DNA from: Planctomycetota bacterium
GTDB lineage: Bacteria > Planctomycetota > UBA8108 > SXIK01
Reading direction: 5' to 3'
Assembly: GCA_965223265.1 (NCBI GenBank)
Contig: OZ244999.1
Coordinates: 3,712,001 to 3,776,000, forward strand
DNA: 64,000 bases
Shown: piece by piece, positions 37,979 through 46,420 of the stretch
Layout: each line of letters opens with the position of its first letter
Numbering within the stretch: the first letter of the stretch is position 1
Notes under the pieces: model-generated
What the model was told of the DNA's origin: nothing
Seen by the model: only the letters and a program-made list of their open reading frames with translations
The model's database searches: none
Made by a program: the position numbers and the translations under genes

Positions 37979-38403
37979 GGGGTCTCCTGATCTTCCGTCG
38001 ACGCGGCCGCTCCTGAGGTGGCTCCGGACGTGGCGTCTGAGTTGCCTGCTACCGTGCCGCCACTCGCCGTCGCGCGCGCCTCGCCCAGCAAACCCGCGAC
38101 GACGTCGCTCGCATCGCTCGTCCGCATATTCTCGATGCAGACGTCGCTCGCGAGGGGCGCACCCGCGGCTTTGAAAAGCCATTTGACCGAACGCGGAAAA
38201 CAGGCCGCGATCCGCACCTCCTGGTCTCCCTCGGCGAGTCGGCGTAGCGATGGATCTCGACGGGCGGACAGTTCACAGAGGTCAGGCACAGCGTCGAACG
38301 CTCGCCCCGAAGCGGCAAGGCGAGCCAAGACCTCGCGTTTGACGGACTCTGGAATAATCTTGGCGTAAGCGCAGTGGCAGTAAAGAATCCGGTGTGAAGC
38401 CAT
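37975..38403 (-). CDS. Small Cys-motif protein resembling the N-terminal Fe-S domain of HdrA
   Basis: ILYCHCA...DLC...IAACFPR...NMR parallels the HdrA pattern CHCG...C...AACxPR...NIRE. Confidence 0.55.
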   Translation of the reverse strand: MASHRILYCHCAYAKIIPESVKREVLARLAASGRAFDAVPDLCELSARRDPSLRRLAEGDQEVRIAACFPRSVKWLFKAAGAPLASDVCIENMRTSDASDVVAGLLGEARATASGGTVAGNSDATSGATSGAAASTEDQETP

Positions 38404-38498
38404 ACGGTGTCAAGGGTGCTTTCGTAGCGCCGATCGCGAGGTGCGAAGCAAGGTATGTGTAGACCGTTTGTATACAGTCACACGACGGGATGCAACGT

Positions 38499-39611
38499 TT
38501 ATGCGGCGTCCGTGTCGCGGTGCGTCGGCTCCGGACGGCCAGGACGAAAACACTCTACGTGGTCAACTTCGATTGAAACGGCACCACCCAGGTGATCGGA
38601 GTGAATGGCGCTTTCGAAGGCGGAGCGCAGGGCCTCGGGCGGAGCTTCGGCGCGCAGGTTGACGACCAGTTCAGCACTGGTCATCAGATCGGAAAGGCGC
38701 TGCCCAAACTCCGGTGTCCCGTCATCCCGCACCAGGTTGATCAACGCGATCTCCCCAAGCACGCTCTCCGGCGACAGCGTCATCTTGAGATGCGCGATGT
38801 CGTGAACAGTTCCCGACAGCGACGATTGAAACTGCCGCATCAGGCTCTCCAAAAAGACGTTGCCATCGATTGGATTCACCGCCTCAATCGCGACTGTCGC
38901 ATTGAGCCAGCCAAGTTTCGACTCGCCTTCGGCGTACACATCGTAGTCAACAGACATCGTGCGGGCATGCCCCATCTCGCGCGCCAACACCCAATCGAAC
39001 CAAGCGTCAAGACCCGCGCCGCTCTTCGCCGAAACCTCGAACAGCACCTTGCTTCCATAACGACGCTCGAGTTCGGCCATCAGCGCTTGCCGATCCGCCG
39101 CCTCTAGCGTGTCGATTTTGTTGACAACAATCGCCTCAGCTTCCTCCAGCTGCTTGAGGTAGATGTACTCCACCTTCTCGGAGAATCGCCGCCCCTCGAC
39201 AAGACCCAACATGCGTCGGGCGCGCGTCGGGTCGACGAGCACGCTGAGAGGAGCGATGCGGAAGCTCTCTCCGTACATCCTACGTAGAGGATAGGTGACC
39301 GAAGCGACCAGGTCCGTGCAACTACCGACGGGCTCAGCGAGAAACGCCTGCGGTCGTGCCTCCGCGGTCAACCGCTCGGCTGCTTCAACGAGAGATCGAA
39401 AACGACAACAAAAGCAGCCGCCTGGAATCTCTGCGACGCGATATCCCTGCTGCCGAAGCGTCTCTGTGTCGACGAGACCGGCCCCCTGGTCGTTGGTGAT
39501 GAGCCCGACCCTGTCGCCGCGGGCGGTCAGGCGGCGCGCCAAGCGGCCGATCGCGGTGGACTTCCCGGCGCCAAGGAACCCGCCGATCATGATGTAGAGA
39601 GCTTTGGTCAT
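38499..39611 (-). CDS. CobW/COG0523-family metallochaperone GTPase
   Basis: GGFLGAGKST, ITNDQG, GGCFCC, EPVGS, NKID; start 39611 coupled to the upstream stop. Confidence 0.88.
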   Translation of the reverse strand: MTKALYIMIGGFLGAGKSTAIGRLARRLTARGDRVGLITNDQGAGLVDTETLRQQGYRVAEIPGGCFCCRFRSLVEAAERLTAEARPQAFLAEPVGSCTDLVASVTYPLRRMYGESFRIAPLSVLVDPTRARRMLGLVEGRRFSEKVEYIYLKQLEEAEAIVVNKIDTLEAADRQALMAELERRYGSKVLFEVSAKSGAGLDAWFDWVLAREMGHARTMSVDYDVYAEGESKLGWLNATVAIEAVNPIDGNVFLESLMRQFQSSLSGTVHDIAHLKMTLSPESVLGEIALINLVRDDGTPEFGQRLSDLMTSAELVVNLRAEAPPEALRSAFESAIHSDHLGGAVSIEVDHVECFRPGRPEPTHRDTDAA

Positions 39612-40177
39612 GCGCTTCCTGAATCTTCGCTTGAGTTGAGATCGCCGGACTTCCACGGCTGCTCGAGCATCTTATCGATCGTCCGATTGAGGTGCTCGAT
39701 ATAACCGTCCACGTCGACAACCGCAGGGTCGGGCCTCCCCGAGATCTCGTACAACCAACCGTCGCCGTACGGGTCGCGGCAGATCGACTCGAAATCCGCG
39801 GGCGTCTGTGTGTTGGCGCCGAGAAAGCTCCCGTCGCCGACGCAATAGATGTCCGAAACCGCCTTGAAACCTTCGATCCAGCCGATCGTGTTGCCGGCAG
39901 ATACCGCGCCGCCCGGCGCGACTTCCAACTCGAACTCGACGATCTCGCCAAGCATGCGCGTTGCGAATGAGGTCAGTCCGATCCGCCACGTGCCTGGCGT
40001 TCGCTCAGACAGCCAGTAATGAGATAAGCTGTACGTATAAGCTCGCGGCAGCCGCGTGGAAAAGTGGTTGCGCTTGAACCGCACGAGCTCCTGCGAGCCG
40101 TCGCCTCCTGAACGTTCTGTCAATCCGCACTCCAAGTCGCTTTTCATGCCAGCGTCGTCGATGGCGCCATCCGCCAT
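39608..40177 (-). CDS. Glycine cleavage H-like lipoyl-carrier protein (orphan)
   Basis: YSLSHYWL, RIGLTSFATRMLGEIV, IEGFKAVSDIY (lipoyl-Lys position kept), DPYGDGWL. Confidence 0.8.
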   Translation of the reverse strand: MADGAIDDAGMKSDLECGLTERSGGDGSQELVRFKRNHFSTRLPRAYTYSLSHYWLSERTPGTWRIGLTSFATRMLGEIVEFELEVAPGGAVSAGNTIGWIEGFKAVSDIYCVGDGSFLGANTQTPADFESICRDPYGDGWLYEISGRPDPAVVDVDGYIEHLNRTIDKMLEQPWKSGDLNSSEDSGSA

Positions 40178-40282
40178 GTCGTCAAAGCGAAGGCCATCTC
40201 CTCTTATAGTTACTCAAAGCAAACTCGGTCAAGGAAAAGGGCACGTGTGGCCCGCGTGGTCGTCACGGCAGCACGAGTCGCG

Positions 40283-41536
40283 TCAACCACACGATCCGGA
40301 CGCCGGCAAACAACTCGCGTCCATCGGTGTCGAGCCACCTTGGGATGCGGCTGCGCGCACTCGCTTGACAGCGTCGACGATCCGTGCAGCAGCCAGTTTG
40401 ATCTCGCGAGACGTGGTCGGACGCCCGAGGCTGAGACGCACCGACGAACGCGCCCTTACATCGTCGCCAAAGAGGGCCTTGAGGACGTAAGACCCGTCAC
40501 TCGACGCTGACGAGCAGGCGGCCCCGGACGAGGCCGCAACACAATCGAGTGCGCCCAAAAGCGCCTGCGCGTCGACGCCGGCGAACGAAACATTTAGGTT
40601 ATTGGGCAGGCGCTGCTCGAGCGATCCGTTCAGCACCACACCGTCAAGGGCGCCCTGCAGCGCAGCGAGCAGTTCGTCGCGCAGCCGCTGTGCCTGCTGG
40701 GCGTCCGCTTGACGCTGCGCGGAAGCGATTTCACATGCCTTCCCCAACCCCACGATGCCGGAGACGTTCAGCGTCCCCGATCGCATGCCGCGCTCATGTC
40801 CACCGCCGTCGATCAGCGGCTCCAAGCGCACTCGTGGTCGACGGCGCCTGACATAGAGCGCGCCAACTCCTTTGGGTCCGTACATCTTGTGCCCGGAAAG
40901 CGACAAAAGGTCGACGCTCAATCGTTCGACGCTGACATCGATGTACGTGGCAGCTTGAGCAGCATCGGTGTGCAACGGCACGCCCCGCTGGCGACAAAGC
41001 AGACCGACCTCGGCGATCGGATTGAGAGTACCGATCTCGTTGTTGGCCAGCATGAGCGTCACCAGCGCCGTACGTTCGTTCATTGCATTCGCTACGGCTT
41101 CGACGTCGATGCGTCCGTCGGATTCGGGCTTCAAATACGTCACCTCGCAGCCCTGACGTTCGAGTCTACCGCATGCATCCAAGACCGCCTTGTGCTCGAG
41201 CGCAGACGTCACCACGTGCGGCCGCCGGTGTGGCGATCGAGCAACGACACCCCGAACGGCCAAGTTATCGGACTCTGTCGCCCCCGACGTGAACACCACT
41301 TCGCGCGGGTCGCACTCGAGTAGTTGGGCGACACTCCGGCGGGCCGCAGCGACCAGCTCGGCGGCTTCGGCGCCGAAAGCATGCTGCTGGCTGGCGGCAT
41401 TGCCAAACACGTGCGTGAACGTCGGCTGCATCGCCTCGACGACCCGCGCATCACAAGGCGTGGTCGCGTGGTAGTCCAGATAGATGTGGTCTGCGGATTT
41501 CACAGGCGCATTCAAATGCAATCGTCGTGCCGTCAC
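40283..41536 (-). CDS. iscS: Cysteine desulfurase (IscS/NifS type)
   Basis: YLDYHATTP, SGATESDN, EHKAVL, SGHKMYGPKG (PLP Lys), RSGTLN, SSGAACSS (catalytic Cys). Confidence 0.9.
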   Translation of the reverse strand: MTARRLHLNAPVKSADHIYLDYHATTPCDARVVEAMQPTFTHVFGNAASQQHAFGAEAAELVAAARRSVAQLLECDPREVVFTSGATESDNLAVRGVVARSPHRRPHVVTSALEHKAVLDACGRLERQGCEVTYLKPESDGRIDVEAVANAMNERTALVTLMLANNEIGTLNPIAEVGLLCRQRGVPLHTDAAQAATYIDVSVERLSVDLLSLSGHKMYGPKGVGALYVRRRRPRVRLEPLIDGGGHERGMRSGTLNVSGIVGLGKACEIASAQRQADAQQAQRLRDELLAALQGALDGVVLNGSLEQRLPNNLNVSFAGVDAQALLGALDCVAASSGAACSSASSDGSYVLKALFGDDVRARSSVRLSLGRPTTSREIKLAAARIVDAVKRVRAAASQGGSTPMDASCLPASGSCG

Positions 41537-41879
41537 AAAGGATCTCTGGGCGCATCGTTCCCAGGAAGCAGTATACTACGCTGAGAGACCATATGAATGC
41601 TCGGCGCAGCGCGGAACGAGTGCCCACACGCCCCAAACGTTCACTCCCATCGAGGCCGCGAGCGTGAACTGCGGAGGTTCTGGGCCTGTCAGGGTGGATC
41701 GATCGATTCTCCTTTCCCAGTTTTTGCGCCACGGATATGATGCGGCTGGCCGGATGATCAGAAGCCACGACAAGTCCTAGATTCTGCCATCGACACTGCC
41801 TCCGGCTGCGCCTGAGAGTTCTCGTCGCGGCTCGCACACCGAACCCGCGCCTCTCTGAATTCGCCGACTGAAAGCTGCG

Positions 41880-43196
41880 ATGACTACACCTCTCTCGAAG
41901 GAAAAGACGGAAGTTGGAAGTTACTTCATCTCCAACTACCCGCCTTTCAGTTTCTGGAACGCCGAGTCCATTCAAGACGCTCGGGATGCACTGCATAACC
42001 CGGCGCCGTCTGGTGTGCCTTTGGGACTCTACTTGCACGTGCCGTTCTGTCGCAAGCGCTGCAAATTCTGCTACTTTCGCGTTTATACAGACAAGAACAG
42101 CAAGGAGATCGAGCGTTACCTCGCCGCGCTGACGCGGGAGATCGAGATCTACAGCCGCCTGCCCGTCATGCAGAATCGTTCGCTTGGATTTGCTTACTTC
42201 GGCGGCGGCACCCCGTCGTTCTTGAGTGAAAAGCAGCTGCTTTCGCTCGTCGAGCGCCTGCGCCAGCTCGTCAGCTGGGATGACGCCGAGGAGGTAACGT
42301 TCGAGTGCGAGCCCGGCACCCTGACGGAAAGCAAGCTCAGCGCCATCCGTGACATCGGCGTCACCCGCCTCAGCCTCGGCGTCGAGAATCTCAGCGACGA
42401 GGTGCTCGAGGAAAACGGACGCGCGCACCGCAGCCCAGAAGTGTTTCGCACCTACGAATGGGCACGCGCGACAGGGTTTCGTCAGATCAACGTTGACCTC
42501 ATCGCCGGTATGGTCGGCGAGACGGAGGCTAATTGGGAAAGCTGTGTCCGTAAGACGATCGAGCTGGCGCCGGACTCCGTAACGATCTACCAGATGGAGT
42601 TGCCGTTCAATGCCGTCTACTCCTCCGAGCTGAAGGAAGGGCGTTTGGCTGTTGCCGATTGGGCGACCAAGAGGCGCTGGGTGAGCGAAGCGTTCGACGC
42701 CTTCGCGGCAGCGGGTTACTCGGTTTCAAGCGCGTACACGCTGGTGAAGGACCCGCATGTCCGGTTCGTCTACCGCGACTCACTATGGCACGGCGCCGAC
42801 ATGATCGGCAGCGGTGTCGCGTCGTTCTCACACGTCGGCGGCGTTCACTACCAAAACCTCGACGGCATCGACGCGTATTCTGAGCAGCTCGAGCGCGGCG
42901 AACTGCCGCTCTCACGCGCGCTCAAGGTCACCGAGCGACAGCTACTGATTCGCGAGCTCATCCTGCAGCTCAAACTCGGCTGGCTCGACCGAGAGTACTT
43001 CCTGAACAAGTACGAGATTGACATCGCAGCTGCATTCCGACCGACGTGGGAGAAGTTACAGGCGGAAGGTTTTCTCGCCAGCGAAATCGAAGCGCCCGAC
43101 AAGAAACTACGCCTCACACGCACCGGATTGTTGCGCGTTGACGCCCTTCTTCCGTCGTTTTTCGAACCCGAGCATCGCGGTGCTCGTTATACGTAA
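41880..43196 (+). CDS. HemN-like (class C) radical SAM enzyme
   Basis: YLHVPFCRKRCKFCYF, YFGGGTPS, RLSLGVE, NVDLIAG. Confidence 0.88.
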   Translation: MTTPLSKEKTEVGSYFISNYPPFSFWNAESIQDARDALHNPAPSGVPLGLYLHVPFCRKRCKFCYFRVYTDKNSKEIERYLAALTREIEIYSRLPVMQNRSLGFAYFGGGTPSFLSEKQLLSLVERLRQLVSWDDAEEVTFECEPGTLTESKLSAIRDIGVTRLSLGVENLSDEVLEENGRAHRSPEVFRTYEWARATGFRQINVDLIAGMVGETEANWESCVRKTIELAPDSVTIYQMELPFNAVYSSELKEGRLAVADWATKRRWVSEAFDAFAAAGYSVSSAYTLVKDPHVRFVYRDSLWHGADMIGSGVASFSHVGGVHYQNLDGIDAYSEQLERGELPLSRALKVTERQLLIRELILQLKLGWLDREYFLNKYEIDIAAAFRPTWEKLQAEGFLASEIEAPDKKLRLTRTGLLRVDALLPSFFEPEHRGARYT

Positions 43197-43213
43197 ATCA
43201 CCCGACACTCTCT

Positions 43214-43792
43214 ATGCCACCTGAAACGACCGACCTGACGCTGGACGCGCTTCTGAAACTGTTCCCCGCGAGCGCGCTCGAGCACCTGAGTGCCGAGCTC
43301 GTCAGCGCCGACGACGTGCCCCAGCCGTTTCGACGCTTGCTTGTCCACCATCAGCACATGACGGTGACACTCGAGGACGAGTACCAGAGCACACTGGAGC
43401 TCCAGATCCTGGCGCGAAAGCACAATGGTACGAAGTACGCGCGCCTGCTGAGACTCACCGCCGGCAGCGACGGACCGGTCGTCCTCGTCGGTATCATGCG
43501 CTTTCACTTGGAATACTGCAGCTCCCAGGTCGCAGCGGAAATCGTCCGCGGCACGGCGCCCTTGGGACGGATTCTGATCGATCACGACGTCATGCGCTCG
43601 ATCGAATGTCATGCATACTTGCGCTTCAAACTCGACGACGAGCTGCGTTCGCTCTTCGCGCTGCCAGCGGACGCGTCCGCGTCAGAGACGTACGGCCGCA
43701 TCGCTCGCATCATATGTGACGGCGAACCCGCTGTGGAGCTCCTGGAGATCGTTGCTCCAGCGGTGACGTCGGAGTCTTCTTCACTCCTCTGA
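43214..43792 (+). CDS. Chorismate pyruvate-lyase-like protein (UbiC/Rv2949c fold)
   Basis: HMTVTLE, YARLLRL, APLGRIL, TYGR..I..GEPAVELLE. Confidence 0.6.
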   Translation: MPPETTDLTLDALLKLFPASALEHLSAELVSADDVPQPFRRLLVHHQHMTVTLEDEYQSTLELQILARKHNGTKYARLLRLTAGSDGPVVLVGIMRFHLEYCSSQVAAEIVRGTAPLGRILIDHDVMRSIECHAYLRFKLDDELRSLFALPADASASETYGRIARIICDGEPAVELLEIVAPAVTSESSSLL

Positions 43793-43883
43793 TGGCTCGT
43801 CATCCGATCGCTCATCGTTCATCGCTACGTCTCGACGACACGACAGAAGTCTTCACTCTTTACCACACTACGACGAAACGGAC

Positions 43884-45149
43884 ATGACCAGCAAGAAGCT
43901 CGACTTCGCCGACGTCGTCGTGATCGGCGGCGGCCCCGCCGGCTCCACCACGGCGGCGATCCTGGCCCAGAGCGGCGTCAACGTTGTCGTCTTAGAGAAG
44001 GAAACATTCCCTCGCTTCCACGTCGGCGAATCGTTGATTACGGAGACCTATTGGACGTTCGAGCGCATTGGTATGCTGAAACGTCTCCAGGACTCTCCTT
44101 TCCCTCGGAAATACAGCGTCCAGTTCATTTCTGAGAGCGGCAAGGCGTCGCGACCATTTTACTTCTTCGAGCGCGACGACCATGAAAGTTCGGTGACGTG
44201 GCAGGTGGACAGGGCTGAGTTCGATCAGATGATGCTCGACAACGCCCGTGAGCGAGGTGCGACAATTGTCACCGGAGCCACCGTCGAACAAGTGCTCTTC
44301 GAGAACGGTACCGCGACCGGCGTCAAGTGGCACGACGAGACCGGACGCGAGGCAACGCTGAATGCGCGCGTCGTGGTCGATGCCAGCGGCCTCCACTCGG
44401 TCATGGCGCGGCAGCTGCGGATTCTGAAAAAAGACCCGAAGCTCGTCAAAGCGGCAGTGTACGGCCATTTTCGTGGCGCTCGTCGCGACAGCGGCATCGA
44501 CGAAGGCGCCACGCTGATCATCCACACGCAGGGCAACCGAGGCTGGTTCTGGTACATTCCTCTCAGCCACGACCGCGTCAGCGTCGGCGTCGTCGGAGCG
44601 GCCCGCGAGCTCATGCGCGGCGGAGAAAAGCCACAGCAGATCCTCGAGCGTGAAATCGCTGCCTGTCCTTCCGTCCAAGACCGCCTGAAGAGCGCGACGA
44701 TTTGTACGGACGTCCACGCCACAAGCGACTACACGTACCGCGCCTCGCGCTGCGCCGGGCCCGGCTACATGCTCGTCGGTGACGCGTTTGGATTCCTCGA
44801 TCCGATCTACTCCTCGGGAGTACTGTTAGCGCTCAAGAGCGGCGAGCTCGCGGCCGACACCCTCATCGAAGCGCTGGCCGACGGCGACGTCTCGGCTGAT
44901 CGCCTCTCCACCTATGGCACTCAGCTGAGTCTCGGCCTGGAGACGTTCCGTAAGATGGTTTACGCGTTCTACACCCCGGGGTTCAGCTTTGCGAACTTCG
45001 TCTCGCAGCACCCGGAACACCGCGACAGCCTCGTCCGCATTCTCATCGGCGACGTCTTCAAGGACGACACGGACGACATCTTCGCCGCCATGAGCACAAT
45101 GTGCGATCTCCCGAAGCCGCTCCCGGCACTGGGGTCGGATGCGTCGTAG
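43884..45149 (+). CDS. FAD-dependent halogenase/geranylgeranyl-reductase-family oxidoreductase
   Basis: GGGPAG, FPRFHVGESL, FPRKY (Lys), QVDRAEFD, GWFWYIPL (WxWxIP), GDAFGFLDPIYSSGV. Confidence 0.85.
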   Translation: MTSKKLDFADVVVIGGGPAGSTTAAILAQSGVNVVVLEKETFPRFHVGESLITETYWTFERIGMLKRLQDSPFPRKYSVQFISESGKASRPFYFFERDDHESSVTWQVDRAEFDQMMLDNARERGATIVTGATVEQVLFENGTATGVKWHDETGREATLNARVVVDASGLHSVMARQLRILKKDPKLVKAAVYGHFRGARRDSGIDEGATLIIHTQGNRGWFWYIPLSHDRVSVGVVGAARELMRGGEKPQQILEREIAACPSVQDRLKSATICTDVHATSDYTYRASRCAGPGYMLVGDAFGFLDPIYSSGVLLALKSGELAADTLIEALADGDVSADRLSTYGTQLSLGLETFRKMVYAFYTPGFSFANFVSQHPEHRDSLVRILIGDVFKDDTDDIFAAMSTMCDLPKPLPALGSDAS

Positions 45150-45231
45150 CGTGACCGTTCACGCTACAGAGCTACCTACAGGACAGAAACACCTATGCTG
45201 TTCTCAGGTCGCGAAGATTCGACCCCACCTC

Positions 45232-45660
45232 TCACGCCAGCGGGTTCGTCCAGCGCACCGCGCCGAAGCGTCCGAAGTCGGCATCGCAGGAGCACAGCTC
45301 CGCTCCATACTCGATCGCAACGGCAGCGAGGTGTGCGTCGGTGGTCAAGTTGCCGGCGGTGCCAAGCGGAACGAGGAGATCTCTCATGATCCGCACGTGG
45401 TTGTCTGTCGGTTCGAGCACCACAGCGCACGGCTGCGACAGCCACGACTCGACGAGGCGGAGCGCTTCGGCGACCTCTAACGGTTCGGGAAAAATCACCG
45501 CCCGCGTGCTCAAGCGAAGAAACGCGAGGATCACGACCCAAGTGAACGCCACCGTCTCACTGCCCGAGAGCACCGCCTCGAGCCACCTCTTGGCACCTTC
45601 ATGGCCCGGCGCGTCCTCGTTGACCGCGTAGAGCAGAAGATTGACGTCGACGAGCTTCAC
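45232..45660 (-). CDS. vapC: VapC PIN-domain toxin
   Basis: VDVNLLLYA, FLRLST, GNLTTDAHLAAVAIE, DADF. Confidence 0.9.
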   Translation of the reverse strand: MKLVDVNLLLYAVNEDAPGHEGAKRWLEAVLSGSETVAFTWVVILAFLRLSTRAVIFPEPLEVAEALRLVESWLSQPCAVVLEPTDNHVRIMRDLLVPLGTAGNLTTDAHLAAVAIEYGAELCSCDADFGRFGAVRWTNPLA

Positions 45661-45917
45661 TTGCGCAGACTCAGCTTGCGCGCGATCTCCTCGTCTTCCA
45701 TCGCGGCTGCGAGCGCCAACGCCTTGTCGAGCGCCTGCTCCGGCCTGAATCCCATCCGAAAAGTCGGCAGACGGTACGGCTTGGAGACACCGCCCTTGCG
45801 AGAAAGCCCCTCTCTCAATGCTTGATTGAGCGCCTCTTTGAACGTTATGTCACGCTCACGCATGACCTTACGCAAAAGGGCTTCGACATCTGGTTCGAGG
45901 GTCACGGTGGTTCTCAT
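45657..45917 (-). CDS. vapB: VapB ribbon-helix-helix antitoxin
   Basis: MRTTVTLEPDV..FKEALNQALREGL; GTGA overlap with vapC. Confidence 0.88.
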   Translation of the reverse strand: MRTTVTLEPDVEALLRKVMRERDITFKEALNQALREGLSRKGGVSKPYRLPTFRMGFRPEQALDKALALAAAMEDEEIARKLSLRK

Positions 45918-45923
45918 AGAGGA

Positions 45924-45971
45924 ATCATAGCACCAAATGAGTTGCTGTCAAGCTGTCAAGCTGTCAAGCTG
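45924..45971 (-). promoter_or_regulatory. vapBC promoter TTGACA-16-TATGAT (extended TG), probably leaderless, with the -35 inside (TTGACAGC)x3
   Basis: -10 at 45929-45924, -35 at 45951-45946, ATG 6 nt after the -10; GCTGTCAA repeats at 45944-45967 on the plus strand. Confidence 0.7.
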
Positions 45972-46057
45972 CAGTGGTCTCCTTGGATTAGTTGGCGTCC
46001 GAGTCTATACACACCTATACCGGCTTTCCCCGACAGGCTCGAAACTTTAGGAGAGAC

Positions 46058-46258
46058 ATGCCGAGCAAGAACGTCGACGAACTCTGCGAGCAACTCGGCC
46101 ACGAATCGGTTTTGCGCGGACGGATCTTACCGTTGCTTCTGGGAATGATTGGAATGATCGCGGTTTCGGCGGGAGGTCCACTCATGTTCGTGGGTCAGCC
46201 AACGGCCTGGCAAATCGCCTGCGGTTACTTAGCGATGGTGGTGGGAATAGGGGTCTGA
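46058..46258 (+). CDS. Small two-TM hypothetical protein or gene fragment
   Basis: AGGAGA RBS, ATG 46058, two hydrophobic segments. Confidence 0.35.
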   Translation: MPSKNVDELCEQLGHESVLRGRILPLLLGMIGMIAVSAGGPLMFVGQPTAWQIACGYLAMVVGIGV

Positions 46259-46420
46259 CAATCATCCGGACGAATATCTTGAGCTCAGGTTCAACAGATT
46301 TTATCAACGCTCGTCAAAGAGTGGTGGGGGCGTCTCCACCTTGATGGTCGTGTCCCATAGACGTTACCCTGACCTCCGACCCGAAGCGCGTATCCAGCTG
46401 TGACCCACCGGAGTAGCACC

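Noticed and set aside
41880-43196. hemN for heme biosynthesis
   Set aside because: No hem genes nearby; the atypical N-terminus (GSYFISNYPPFSFW) and the context favour a tailoring enzyme, so the gene symbol is withheld
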